Shown here: positions 1 through 11,399 of the stretch, piece by piece | How positions within the stretch are numbered: position 1 is the first letter of the stretch | How the letters are laid out: each line of letters begins with the position of its first letter | Assembly: GCF_006345805.1 (NCBI RefSeq) | Contig: NC_043018.1 | Span: 21,452,001-21,516,000 of the forward strand | Direction: 5' to 3' | DNA from: Octopus sinensis | Lineage: Eukaryota | Length of the DNA: 64,000 bases | The notes under the pieces: generated by a model | Databases searched by the model: none | What the model saw: the letters and a program-made list of their open reading frames with translations, nothing else | What the model was told of the DNA's origin: nothing | Program-made: the position numbers and the translations under genes

Positions 1-178
1 TTATTTTAAAAATCGTAGACTCATCGTAGACGCGCGCTAATACCCAGAAGGGCTTGATATGAATAACGACTATAAGATACCCGAATTTGGTTAAACTGCA
101 CCGCAAAATGTGGGAGTAGTTAGGAATCTAATTCGTAGGAGACGGATACTCACACAACTTCACTTTTATATATATAGA
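1..178 (-). mobile_element. Non-autonomous Helitron family 1, 5' part (cut by window edge)
   Basis: Reverse-complement match to the complete copy at 2734-3130; A|TC 5' end at 178. Confidence 0.8.
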
Positions 179-649
179 TATACATTGGCATTTAAAAAAA
201 CACCATATAAAGATTATCGTGTTTTTATTCCATATTTTGACGCCTGAAGTGATGGATATTGGCGTGACTGAAGACATAAATTTGATATTGTTCGAAATGA
301 CTTTTTTCTTATTACTAATTCACACATTTGTACGAACAACATGAATTGCATCGCATAAATTATATAGTTGATACACACACACACACACAGATGTGCGCGT
401 GTGTAAACAAGAGAGAAAGCGGTAAGGAGAACAAGCCGAGAAACAAAGAGAACGAGAGAAGAAAACGAAAGCTGGAGTAAACAAGTGTTGAAGGAGTTCT
501 CTTGATTACTAACACTATATCATCATCAACCAGTTTGGACTTTGCGCAAGAGAAAGTCTACTGAGCTTTTTATATAAATACCGTTCGAATCTGATAAGTA
601 TGTAACATTTAAATTATTCATTGTAGCTGTATGTGAATAAGTAATAGCA

Positions 650-1052
650 ATCATCATCATCATTGTTCGACCGTGGTCGAGACAATGGAATTTGCCATGC
701 TACGCCAGACTTCACGGTCCATCATGGCATTACGGAGGTCCTGTTGCTGGACGCCTGTATCTCTGGAGATTACATGAGGGTAGGAGAGTGTGCGCCCTCT
801 GGTATTGCGAGTAGATGGCTTCCAGAGGAGAAGAGTAGAAATTACTTCTTTTTCAGCTCTACAACAATGTCCAGCAAACTGGACTCTCCTACATGCCTGT
901 ATCCCTGGAGATTACATCAGGGTAGGAGAGTGTGCACCCTCTGGTATTGCGAGTAGATGGCTTCCAGAGGAGAAGAGTAGAAATTACTTCTTTTTCAGCT
1001 CTACAACAATGTCCAGCAAACTGGACTCTCCTACCTTTCACAAGGTAGGAGA
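650..1052 (-). mobile_element. RTE-clade LINE 3' fragment with internal 142-bp tandem duplication and (GAT)n tail
   Basis: Minus strand reads RRVQFAGHCCRAEKEVISTLLLWKP...YPDVISRDTGVQQQDLRNAMMDREVWR*, an RTE ORF2 C-terminus; duplicated unit starts at 753 and 895; foldback hairpin at the 5' junction (about 1023-1052). Confidence 0.75.
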
Positions 1053-1780
1053 GTAATAGCAATAGACAGAGTATGTTATGGTAATGATGATGGTGGCAGT
1101 GGTTGAGCTTAAGCCGTTTGTTGCCTGTTTGCATGTGTACAGTCCAAGATCCGCAAAGAGAGAGGATAACCGGAATGATTTACTGATTTTCACTTTACAT
1201 CTCATCGATTGTATTTGATGAAAGTGAATCATTCGAGCTTTTGTAGTGTTTGTTTTCTGGTTAATGCAAATCGGTTGCTAAGATGAAAATATTACCGCTG
1301 GACATTATTCCTATACGTTTTTCATTAGTTCCCGAAAGATGTTCTTATTTTCTAACTTTATGACGAGACATTCGCATCCACCAAGCGGCTAGTCTCCGCA
1401 ACAGAGCATGACTGTTGCTTCCTGCTCCATGTTAGAATATTTAGCCAGTTGTGCTTTAAGCGGGTTGCTGAAAGCAGAATCCCAGGATGGCAATGGCGTA
1501 GGTCGCAGGTCCAGGGGAGGTTGCTTTTAATGCTTGTTGCGGAATATGGACCCATGCATAATTTTCTTTTGGTATGAGACCTATACTCGGAGTACCTGTT
1601 CCTCAATTCTTTTCCAAGCTATTCCTCACCGAGTGCAGTTGCTGAAATACCTAATAGATAAAGGAAATAGGGATCCCATTAATGAAAACAGATCCGTAAT
1701 TTTCTGCTCTGTCAGTGTTGGAATGGAGAAAATATCGATTGCATGATTTTGTATGGGACGATCATATGACATAAGTCTGT

Positions 1781-1900
1781 CAGGTTGTACCCTCACCCTG
1801 ACCACGGCTTTCAACCGATTCTGATGAAACTTGACACACACATAGCCCAATGTCATAATTCAAAACTAACATAGCGAAAATTTTGAAAAGTTCCCCAGTT
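1781..1900 (+). mobile_element. Helitron family 2 fragment
   Basis: Inverted match to 3661-3778 of the complete element at 3402-3803. Confidence 0.7.
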
Positions 1901-2223
1901 TTTGGCTATAATGTTTATTCAGGAATTAGATTCCTGTGAAATGTGAAGGTAAGGCTGTTCTTGGATATAGAAAATAGGGAAAATATTTCTGACTGTACAT
2001 TTCACGCACAACATTTCGTCAAGTGCAAATGCGGCAAACCTGATGTAATTGTTTCGGGTGCAGAAATAAAAATATAGTTACAGAAGCCAGATACATTTGA
2101 AGTAAGAACATTTCATTCGCATTTAACAGTATGGAAAATATTTATGGATAAATGCTTCGAGACCTTCAACTAAATTATATATTTACATTAATACTTATAG
2201 CTATCGCTGCAGTAAGCTGTTTT

Positions 2224-2609
2224 GTGGAAGCACTCCGTCGGTTACGACGATGAGGGTTCCGGTTGATCCGAATCAACGGAACAGCCTGCTCGTGAAATTA
2301 ACGTGTAAGTGGCTGAGCACTCCACAGACACGTGCACCCTTAACGTAGTTCTCGGGGATATTCAGCGTGACACAGAGAGTGACAAGGCCGGCCCCTTGAA
2401 ATACAGGTACAACAGAAACAGGAAGTAAGAGTGAGAGAAAGTTGTGGTGAAACAGTACAGCAGGGATCACCACCATCCCCTGCCGGAGCCTCGTGGAGCT
2501 TTTAGGTGTTTTCGCTCAATAAACACTCACAACGCCCGGTCTGGGAATCGAAACCGCGATCCTATGACCGCGAGTCCGCTGCCCTAACCACTGGGCCATT
2601 GCGCCTCCA
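2224..2609 (-). mobile_element. tRNA-derived SINE family A, full length
   Basis: Head GGAGGCGCAATGGCCCAGTGG...GGTTTCGATTCC with A and B boxes; 14-bp TSD cagtaagctgtttt at 2210-2223 and 2610-2623. Confidence 0.9.
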
Positions 2610-2733
2610 CAGTAAGCTGTTTTACTAAATATATAAACGGTTAAGTTGAAAGCTAGGATTTTCATTGAAATAAATTTGAATATCTAAAATATCATTGCTG
2701 CCTAAATTTCAGTTGTACACCTTTGCGACTTTA

Positions 2734-3130
2734 TCTTTATATATAAAAGTAAGGTTGTGTGCTGTCTGTCTCCTACGATTTAGATTCCTAACTACTCCCA
2801 CATTTTGCGGTGCAGTGTAACCAAAAGCGGGTATCTTATAGTCGTGATTCATATCGAGCCGTTCTGGGTATTAGCGCGCGTCTACGCTGAGTCTACGATT
2901 TTAAAAATAATTTACCATCATTTTTTTCCATTTTAATGCATTTTTTCGCTATTATATAAGGGAAGTAACTCTCTAAAAATGTCTACGATGAGTCAACGAT
3001 TTAAAAAAATTACCATCATTTTTTTCCATTTTTAATGCATTTTTTTGCTATTTTTTGGCTATAACTCTCTAAAAATGCTTATATAGTTATTTCCCTTACA
3101 AACCCGAGCAACGCCGGGCGATACTGCTAG
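2734..3130 (+). mobile_element. Non-autonomous Helitron family 1, complete
   Basis: A|TC start, subterminal hairpin cccgagcaacgccggg (3103-3118), CTAG|T end, no TSD. Confidence 0.88.
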
Positions 3131-3194
3131 TTAAGAATAAAGCTTCCGTTTTTAATGACTCTCGTTGTTATATCTCTACATCAACAGGCGCATA

Positions 3195-3258
3195 ATGAAA
3201 AGCATCAGTGTCCTATTGCTTTGTGCATTCATTTCATACACCTTCGCGGATAAACAAA
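3195..3258 (+). CDS. Secreted cystine-knot (knottin/agatoxin-like) precursor, coding exon 1 (signal peptide)
   Basis: Acceptor caacag at 3187, ATG at 3195, MKSISVLLLCAFISYTFA-DKQ, donor A|gtaagt (phase 1). Confidence 0.75.
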
Positions 3259-3401
3259 GTAAGTATAATTAGAATTTTCTTGTGATTCACAGTCTTCTGA
3301 AATAAAGAGGGGGAAAAGAGGGAGGATAAAAAGGCGAAGAGAAGAAAAATGAATAACGTTACTTCGGCGGTCTTTCGGAGGTGACGCCTGTTTATTTGTA
3401 A

Positions 3402-3803
3402 CTAGCAGCATAGCCCTGTGTTGCCCAGGTATGTAAGAGCCCCTAGTATGCACCGACTAATCCCAATCTAGTCCTTTCCCTCTAGTGTGTAAGTTGCAAT
3501 GTCTTCTCTTCACTGGAATACGTCTGTATATACGATGTTCCTAGCTGTCCCTTTGGGCGATAAAAAGGTCGAGTTGTGTCCCCTAGACAGAAAATGTGTT
3601 GCATATAAAAAGCTTAGATTCTCGACCCCATGTCGAATTTATCGATTTTTTTTTTCAGAACTGGGGAACTTTTCAAAATTTTCGCTGTGTTAGTTTTGAA
3701 TTATGACATTGCGCTATGTGTGTGTAAAGTTTCATCAGAATCGGTTGAAAGCCGTGGTCAGGGTGAGGGTACAACCTGAAACTGCTGTTTATATAGAGAG
3801 AGA
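3402..3803 (-). mobile_element. Non-autonomous Helitron family 2, complete
   Basis: Minus strand: A|TC at 3803, hairpin cctgggcaacacagggc, CTAG|T at 3402. Confidence 0.85.
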
Positions 3804-4076
3804 TTACAGCTTTCAAATAACTCCATATTTATCTACACTACGCATGGACCCTATATTCGGAATTACGCTTGCTGATTAAACATTTAATTAACAAAGTTGC
3901 TGACCAATTCGTTTATATACAAATCGGGAGGACTTTTAATGGCGTGCTTGAACCTGTTACTGCTATTATCTACGATCGTTCAGTTTTTCAGTTGTCAGAC
4001 GAAGAATGGCGAATCTTCACTGATGACGGATTAATCTTTTGATATAAAAGAGGATTACTAATTACTGATTGGCACA

Positions 4077-4632
4077 AGGCCAGCGATTTCGTGGCAGATT
4101 TCGTCTGCCGTTACGTTCTGAGTTCAAATCCCGCCGAGGTCGACTTTGCCTTTCATCCTTTCGGGGTCGATAAATAAAGTACCAGTTACGCACTGGGGTC
4201 GATGTAATCGACTTAATACCTATGTCTGTCCTTGCTTGTCCCCTCTATGTTTAGGCCCCTGGGGGGTAATAAAGAAATAGGTATTTCGTCTGTCGTTACA
4301 TTCTGAGTTCAAATTCCGCCAAGGTCAACTTTGCCTTTCATCTTTTCGGGGTCGATAAATAAAGTACCAGTTTCGCACTGGGGTCGATATAATCAAATTT
4401 ATCAGTTTGTCCTCTCTGTGTTTAGCCCCTTGTGGGTAGTAAAGAAATAGGTATTTCGTCTGTCGTTACGTGCTGAGTTCAAATTCCGCCGAGGTCAACT
4501 TTGCCTTTCATCCTTTCGGGGTCGATAAATAAAGTACCAGTTTCGCACTGGGGTCGATATAATCGACTCAATCCCTTCGTCTGTCCTTGTTTGTCCCCTC
4601 TATGTTTAGCCCCTTCTGGGCAGCAAAGAAAT
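4077..4632 (+). mobile_element. SINE family B, head-to-tail trimer
   Basis: About 170-bp units with B box GAGTTCAAATTCC, restarting at ggtatttcgtctg. Confidence 0.85.
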
Positions 4633-4843
4633 ATATACCTAGAATATCACTAATACAACAGATGTCCTCATTTGTTTCAAAAGATTGTAATTCCTGGTGA
4701 GGGCCAGGTACGGAATAACCATTAACGAGTCCCAAGGTGAAACACTGCAGCTTGTCGGTCTCCATCCAGAAGAGGGCTGTATCTCACATGGTTAATTGTA
4801 CGTAGGTCGTTCCAGAGTAGGAAGCCTACAGAAATTCTTCATA

Positions 4844-5226
4844 GACGCAGGAGTGGCTGTGTGGTAAGTAGCTTGCTAACCAACCACATGGTTCCGTGTT
4901 CAGTCCCACTGCGTGGCATCTTGGGCAAGTGTCTTCTGCTATAGCCCCGGGCCGACCAATGCCTTGTGAGTGGATTTGGTAAACGGAAACTGAAAGAAGC
5001 CTGTCGTATATATATATGTATGTGTGTGTGTTTGTCCCCCTAGCATTGCTTGACAACCGATGCTGGTGTGTTTACGTCCCCGTCACTTAGCGGTTCGGCA
5101 AAAGAGACCGATAGAATAAGTACTGGGCTTACAAAGAATAAGTCCCGGGGTCGAGTTGCTCGACTAAAGGCGGTGCTTCAGCATGGCCGCAGTCAAATGA
5201 CTGAAACAAGTAACAGAGTAAAGAGT
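4844..5226 (+). mobile_element. CORE-like tRNA SINE family C with internal microsatellite
   Basis: Head GCAGGAGTGGCTGTGTGGTAAG, CORE-like ttgggcaagtgtcttct, tail (aaagagt)n; many copies in the window. Confidence 0.85.
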
Positions 5227-5477
5227 ATATATGCTCTAAAGAATAAAGTTAAGAACATTGTATATACTGAAGTTCTGTAAATGTTTTATAATTTTCGTAC
5301 AATACATATTGTCTATATTACTTTTTGTATTTAGATATTCTATATAATACCTTGTAACAACTTTTATTGTAAGGAAAACGGGTATTACAATAGATGCCAA
5401 TATGTGCCTTATGAATACATTTCAACACTTCAACACCGTACAAACCGGGTCGAGGGGGGGGGGCGCTAGTATATATT

Positions 5478-5514
<37 letters not shown>

Positions 5515-5518
5515 AGTG

Positions 5519-5557
<39 letters not shown>

Positions 5558-5568
5558 TAACATACATA

Positions 5569-5805
5569 TTGGAGACCACAGATTACAAAAGGTGGAGAAG
5601 TTTACCTATCTGGGCTCTACCGTCACCTACAACCTATCCCTTGACGCTGAGCTCAATATACGCATTGGCAAGGCAGCTGCTGCGATGGCCCAACTCTCCA
5701 AACGGGCTTGGGACAACAATAAGCTGACCAAGACCACGAAAATGAAGATCTACCAGGCATGTGTACTCAGCACTCTACTGTATGGAAGTGAGACCTGGAC
5801 GCTAT
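5569..5805 (+). mobile_element. RTE/BovB-type LINE ORF2 fragment
   Basis: KVEKFTYLGS...DAELNIRIGKAAAAM...KMKIYQACVLSTLLYGSETWT; flanked by (TA)n. Confidence 0.85.
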
Positions 5806-5816
5806 ATATATATATA

Positions 5817-5850
<34 letters not shown>

Positions 5851-5858
<8 letters not shown>

Positions 5859-6344
5859 AAAATAGTAAAGTGTGAAAAAACGACAGAAGGCTTAAATGTT
5901 AAAAAATATATATATTTGTGTCAAAATGTCTGGAGAATATTGGAAAAATTTTTTTCCTTTCCTTAAAATGACATAATTTTAAAATTTTTAAAGAAATTAC
6001 CGGTTTCGCGTGTAGCTTTTCAAATTTCTTGTGACGTTATGTTTATATTGCATGGAATTATCGTTGTTTTTATTTCCAGGAGATTTCTAAATAAGGGGAG
6101 GTAGTGAGTGATCTCCTGGAAATAAAAACAACGATAATTCCATGCAATATAAACATAACGTCACAAGAAATTTGAAAAGCTACACGCGAAACCGGTAATT
6201 TCTTTAAAATTTTAAAATTATGTCATTTTAAGGAAAGGAAAAAAATTTTTCCAATATTCTCCAGACATTCTGACACAAATATATATATTTTTTAACATTT
6301 AAGCCTTCTGTCGTTTTTTCACACTTTACTATTTTCTTATATAT
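5851..6344. repeat. Near-perfect foldback (about 234-bp arms, 26-bp spacer); probable Penelope-like terminal repeat
   Basis: 5851-6084 is the reverse complement of 6111-6344; abuts (TA)n; each arm carries a hammerhead fold. Confidence 0.8.
6165..6204 (+). ncRNA. Minimal type-I hammerhead ribozyme, U3:A8 core variant (mirror copy on minus strand at 5991-6030)
   Basis: AAGAAAU-UUGAAAA-GC/UACAC/GC-GAAA-CCGG-UA-AUUUCUU: 7-bp stem I, palindromic stem III ACCGGU, GUA cleavage triplet. Confidence 0.7.
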
Positions 6345-6379
6345 TCACCCACGTGCTTTACCAAACAAACTTTCTTATC

Positions 6380-6425
<46 letters not shown>

Positions 6426-6902
6426 AGAAATTGTACAAAATGATGTATGCATTCAGTGAAAAGAAGACAAAAAGATTCTTCCGATGTGACAAGACACCTT
6501 TGATGCAAATCTGATGAGGTGCCTCTCCTATGTCTAAAACTACAAACATTACGTGAATTTTCATTCAGAATTTTTGCGTAACTTGGCTCTGCAAATAGAT
6601 CTGATACAGAAACAATTGTAACGAAACCTTAAACATGTGTTAAAAGAATATTTTTTGTTGTCTTCTTCTTTTCACTGGAGTATTTACTCTCCGCCAAACA
6701 TAATTTTACGGTACAATCGTCGTGAAACTTGCATGTTCTACACCTGTGGAATTACGGGTTTGGCCTGGAAGCCAACAGTGTTGACAGGCCAGTATTCGGA
6801 ACGAGTGCTTCTCTGGAAAGAGCCCAACTTCACACCCTTCCTAACCTTAGACTTTTGTTATACATACATACATACATATTTTTTTCTCTCCTTGTTTTCT
6901 AT

Positions 6903-6944
6903 GTCCCTTTCTGTAGAAGAGCGTAGGCTCGAAACGTAAAAGAC
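6903..6944 (+). ncRNA. Hammerhead-like motif in a repeat terminus (atypical core CUGUAGAA)
   Basis: CUGUAGAA-GAGC/GUAG/GCUC-GAAA-CG-UA-AAAGAC; second copy at 38444-38485 in the same approximately 150-bp repeat. Confidence 0.4.
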
Positions 6945-7672
6945 TTTTTTCTATTCCTGAGCGTTATACAAATACATCTGTTTGTTTTGTACACCACCTG
7001 TCTTCGTCTTCTGTTGTTTTTTTCGTAAACTCTCCCTATATATATATATATAAACCGTATGTAAGCCATGCAAAGTCAAGAACATTCTATTCGATAGGCC
7101 CGTGCTTCGATTCCTTTTCGCCGTAACTAGGTAGCGGCGCGCTACAAAGTGAATCGAATGAGTGTAGGCATTACCCCTAATGCTTCTTCTAATGTTGCTG
7201 GTTCGTTGGAAGAATTTCATTGGTCAACAGTATCACAACGCTGAACGCAGAGCTTTAGCGTGTGAGTATATTTCTTAATGTGGACTCGACTCCAAACGGA
7301 CAGTGCATAGTGCCAGTGAAAAGTTACAATAGACAAGATATGAAACATTACTTTTAATGATAATAATTCAGTTGTTTATGATATTGGTAATATCGACATA
7401 TATCAAGATGAATGCTACGTTCAGCTCTTTGGAATACAGTAAATGTACGACAGCTGCTGATTTTGTCTGAATGAATGTCAAGCAAAATGCAACTGGTGTT
7501 TAAAAATTAATTAAATTAAATTGATTAAAAGTTACGGAGATGTACTTGCATAGCAAGTGATTTAATCTGAGATCGTGTGCTGAAACGAAAACAATTGCAG
7601 CGTGGAAGGTGTTTATAAGCCATTTAAGAAACACACAAAAGCCGTTCGATTCACTTCAACATTTAAGTTTAA

Positions 7673-7723
7673 TTTATCAAAATATTTTCGTCGCTTTAAG
7701 ACCGCGACCTGTTCACTGACAAA
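7673..7723 (-). ncRNA. Minimal type-I hammerhead ribozyme, G3:C8 core variant
   Basis: Minus strand: UUUGUCA-GUGAACA-G-GUCGC/9nt/GCGAC-GAAA-AUAU-UU-UGAUAAA; palindromic AAUAUU stem III. Confidence 0.6.
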
Positions 7724-8359
7724 AAATTAATTAAAAATTATCCTAAAAATACGATACTAATTATTTAACAGTATTTCGCCCGGGAATCTCAAAAGTTTGT
7801 GACATTCGTCTCGTTTTATTCATGACTATCGGAAATACCATATTCCTCCTCATACATTGGGGTTAACTTTACTATCGTTTATGTCCAAAATAGCCATCAC
7901 TACAGTGGTCAGCCATATAAACTGTAGGTGAGAGGAAATGTGAGTTCCAGTCATCACGATGCTGCATCTTTTGTCAGACGATATAATTATAAGTAAATTC
8001 CGGTAATCTCCGGCAAATTCCGACAATTTACGGAAATCTTTTTTCCCAAAAATTCACAAAAATTTTTGAAACTTTCCCCCAAAAAATTTTTGTAAATTTT
8101 TGAAAATTTTCCCCAAACATATTTGAAAATTTATCCAAAAAATTTTAGAAAATTCTCCCCATATAAATTTTGAGGAAAAGTTTGAAATATTTTCAAAAAT
8201 TTTTGGAAAAAATTTTCAAAAATTTTCAAGGAAAATTTTCACAAATTTTTGAGTAAAATTTTCAAAATTTTGGGGGAAATTTTCAAAACGTTTTGGGGGA
8301 AAATGAAATGTTTGCTGAGCGCTACATGGTATTTTGTTTAAGTCTAATTTTTCTTTCAG

Positions 8360-8420
8360 ATGTTACTCAACGATATCAACAAAGAGGAGCTAACGTAAGT
8401 TTGAGTAAAGTGACTAAAAG
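8360..8420 (+). CDS. Knottin precursor coding exon 2 (propeptide)
   Basis: ttttctttcag acceptor, 61 nt phase 1 to 2, (N)VTQRYQQRGANVSLSKVTK, donor AG|gtaaga. Confidence 0.7.
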
Positions 8421-8479
8421 GTAAGAAATACATATCTGCATCTCATATTTATTTAATTTACTATTGGCAAAGAGGTAAG

Positions 8480-9075
8480 GCAGCGAGCTGGCAGAAACGT
8501 TAGCACGCCGGGCGAAATGCGTAGCCGTATTTCGTCTGCCGCTATGTTCTGGGTTCAAATTCCGCTAAGGTCGACTTTCGGATCGATTAAATAAGTACCA
8601 GTTACGCACTGGGGTCGATATAATCGACTTAATCTCTTTGTCTGTCCTTGTTTGTCCCCTCTATGTTTAGCCCCTTGTGGGCAGTAAAGAAATAAGAAAC
8701 GTCACGCCGGATGAAATGCTTAGCGGTATTTCGTCTACCGCTACGTTCTGAGTTCAAATTCCTCTAAGGTCGACTTTCGGATCGATTAAATAAGTACCAG
8801 TTACGCACTGGGGTCAATATAATCGACTTAATCTCTTTGTCTGTCCCCTCTATGTTTAGCCCTTTGTGGGCAGTAAAGAAATAAGAAACGTCACGCCGGA
8901 TGAAATGCTAAGCGGTATTTCATCTACCGCTACGTTCTGAGTTCAAATTCCACCGAGGTCGACTTTGCCTTTCACCCTTTCAGGGATCGATAAATTAAGT
9001 ACCAGTTGCGTACCGAGGGTAATCTAATCGACTGACCCCGTCCCCAAAAATTTCGGGCTTTGTTCCTAGAGTAGA
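8480..9075 (+). mobile_element. SINE family B tandem array (3 units)
   Basis: Repeated B box and body; units restart at agaaacgtcacgcc. Confidence 0.85.
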
Positions 9076-9766
9076 AAAGAGAATTGACAAAGCGGTAAGC
9101 TAGCAGAATCATTAGAATAGGGAGGACCATTTCTTCCAGGTTTCGGGTCGATGAAATGCCAGTTGAGAATTAGCGTCGATAGAATAAATTTGCACCCTCC
9201 ATCAAGGTTTGAGGTCTTGTGCCTCTTGTAGAAAGGTTATTAGTATTGGCGCAATTATATTCTGGGACTCTTTCTAAATTATACTTTTTATTTCTTTTAT
9301 GTGTTTCAGTCATTTGACTGCGGCCATGCTTGAGCATCGCCTTTAGTCGAACGAATCGATCCCAGGACTTATCAACAATTACCTTTTCTTTCTCTACTCT
9401 CCAAAAAGGAACCACCTGACCACCATGTTTCTAAAACTACCCATCCTTTATCTTCCATTCGCTTGGGTATTTCAGCTACTGTTAATGATATCAAATTTAC
9501 CTTCAGCTCGTGTTTCGTGTCCTTCTACATATATTTCCCCAAATATATGTAGAAAGAGTTGAGCCTTGCTCGAGGACACGAACCGCTACCGGGAATCGAA
9601 CTGAGGACCTTAGGATCGTGAACAAAATACCCTAGCCAGTAACCATGTACCTACACACACATAAATGCATATGTATATTAAATAGATAGATAGATATGCA
9701 ATGTGAATTGATATTTAATATTTGATAGCATTCCTTTGTATTTTCTTCTTCCTTCTTTATTTGCAG

Positions 9767-9983
9767 TAAGAACGGTAAGAGCATGTATGATGAATGTACA
9801 GGAGATTATTGTTATCTACACGAGCTTATACCACGCCGCCAGTGCTGTCAAAATTTAGTATGTGTTTGTAGTGTTTTAAGGCATAACTGCTGGTGTAGTT
9901 CACAAAATGTGATTCATGTGATTAATAACGGCATAATCCAGACTGTAGCCTCTATCCTGAGCTCCCTCGTAATATCATATTGA
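9767..9983 (+). CDS. Knottin precursor coding exon 3 (8-Cys domain plus hydrophobic tail, stop)
   Basis: Long polypyrimidine acceptor ending at 9766; phase-2 frame open to TGA: KNGKSMYDECTGDYCYLHELIPRRQCCQNLVCVCSVLRHNCWCSSQNVIHVINNGIIQTVASILSSLVISY*; AATAAA near 10224 and 10320. Confidence 0.75.
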
Positions 9984-10540
9984 CATTTCACCCGTGTCGT
10001 GAGTATGGAATATAGATAACAGTCGTCGGGTAGTTGACAAGCAAGAAGAAAAATGGCGGCATCACGATGATACAGCATTAAATCTATTCAGCTTTAGCAG
10101 CAATGCGTACGCGATATCAATACACGTAAATTCAACTACTACTTACGTTTACTAATATTACTATACATATTGATACTATCACAGATTACCAAATACTATA
10201 ATGATAAATCTAACAGCATCAATAAACATCAAAGAAACTGAACAGATTACACTTCCGGGTAGGATTTTGCTTCATAATTTCCGGTGGAAAAAAGTAATTT
10301 TTGCATGAAGAAGACTGTAAAATAAAATAATATTTCAAGCTGTTTAAGAGCAAAGTAAAGCTAATTAATTACCTAATGCATAAAGTAAAATTACTTACAA
10401 TTACAATATATTATAATTGTTATAGAAATTATTGTAATGATTTCTAATGGAACCAAAATTAAATAAATATATCAACTAAGACAATATATCAATGTTTCTT
10501 TTCTTCCTTGCTGCAACTGTTTTTTTTTTTTCATATGATA

Positions 10541-10925
10541 CTAACAGTATCGCCCGGCGTTGCTCGGGTTTGTAAGGGAAATAACTATATAAGCATTTTT
10601 AGAAATGTAAAGTATAATAGCCATCTCAATATGGCTAACCACAAAGGGGGGGGTGTTACTGTAGCTTTTTACGTTCTGAGATTTAATAATAAATTTTTAG
10701 AGAGTTACTTCCCTTATATATGCCAAAAATGCATTAAAAATGGGAAAAATTGATGGTAATTTTTTTTTAAATCGTAGACGCGCGCTAATACCCAGAAGGG
10801 CTCGATATGAATCACGACTATAAGATACCCGGTTTTGGTTAAACTGCACCGCAAAATGTGGGAGTAGTTAGGAATCTAAATAGTAGGAGACAGACAGCAC
10901 ACAACCTCTCTTTTATATATAAAGA
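10541..10925 (-). mobile_element. Non-autonomous Helitron family 1, complete
   Basis: Reverse-complement match to 2734-3130; 3' end TTAG|T (CTAG mutated). Confidence 0.85.
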
Positions 10926-11399
10926 TATATGGTTACCTTTAGATTTTATATTGTAATGGCACGCTATGTTATTGCAACAAATTGTCATTATTAGCGTCGC
11001 TTAATACCTGGATCTCCCATCTCAGCAGATATATGATGATAGTCGAATGAATTATGATTACTTTGTCTTTTGACATACATAGTGCGTCTGTCATTGCCAC
11101 ATTAGTTAATATGTTCTTGTGAGTTTAAGATACTTGGGCTTGATTCGATTATGATTTGGCTGTTTCGCGTTTAATGTAACTATTGTAGCTAAAAATCCAG
11201 AACCGCTATATATTGACTGATGATACAGTATGGACGGATTTTCGAAGTCCAATAATACCCTGCACACCTATTTAATTATGAAGATTTACAAACATACTTT
11301 CTCAGTGAAACTCAATATACCTATCATTATAGATAATACCAAATGTTCCTTTTCGGACTTTTCATAATGTGATACAGGTCTTTGGTATAGAAATTGCAT

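Noticed and set aside
753-1052. 142-bp tandem repeat folding into a multi-branch RNA
   Set aside because: Explained as a duplicated RTE ORF2 C-terminus; the hairpins are incidental
1340-1745. GC-richer stretch with coding-like minus frames
   Set aside because: Multiple stops and no recognisable motif
7168-7261. Candidate extra knottin exon ending at a gtgagt donor
   Set aside because: Weak acceptors; the phase-1 frame hits a stop; not needed for frame
8030-8305. Imperfect A/T-run palindrome
   Set aside because: Low-complexity sequence; no defined TIR or TSD
9767-9774. 8-nt microexon reading (cag|TAAGAACG|gtaaga)
   Set aside because: Reading through the donor-like site gives the complete 8-Cys domain and a stop, which is a better model; it could still be a minor isoform
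11210-11255. Partial hammerhead-like strings (also about 270-300, 9780-9830 and 43170-43215)
   Set aside because: Missing the GAAA element or a pairing stem; indistinguishable from chance (the 9780 one is knottin coding sequence)
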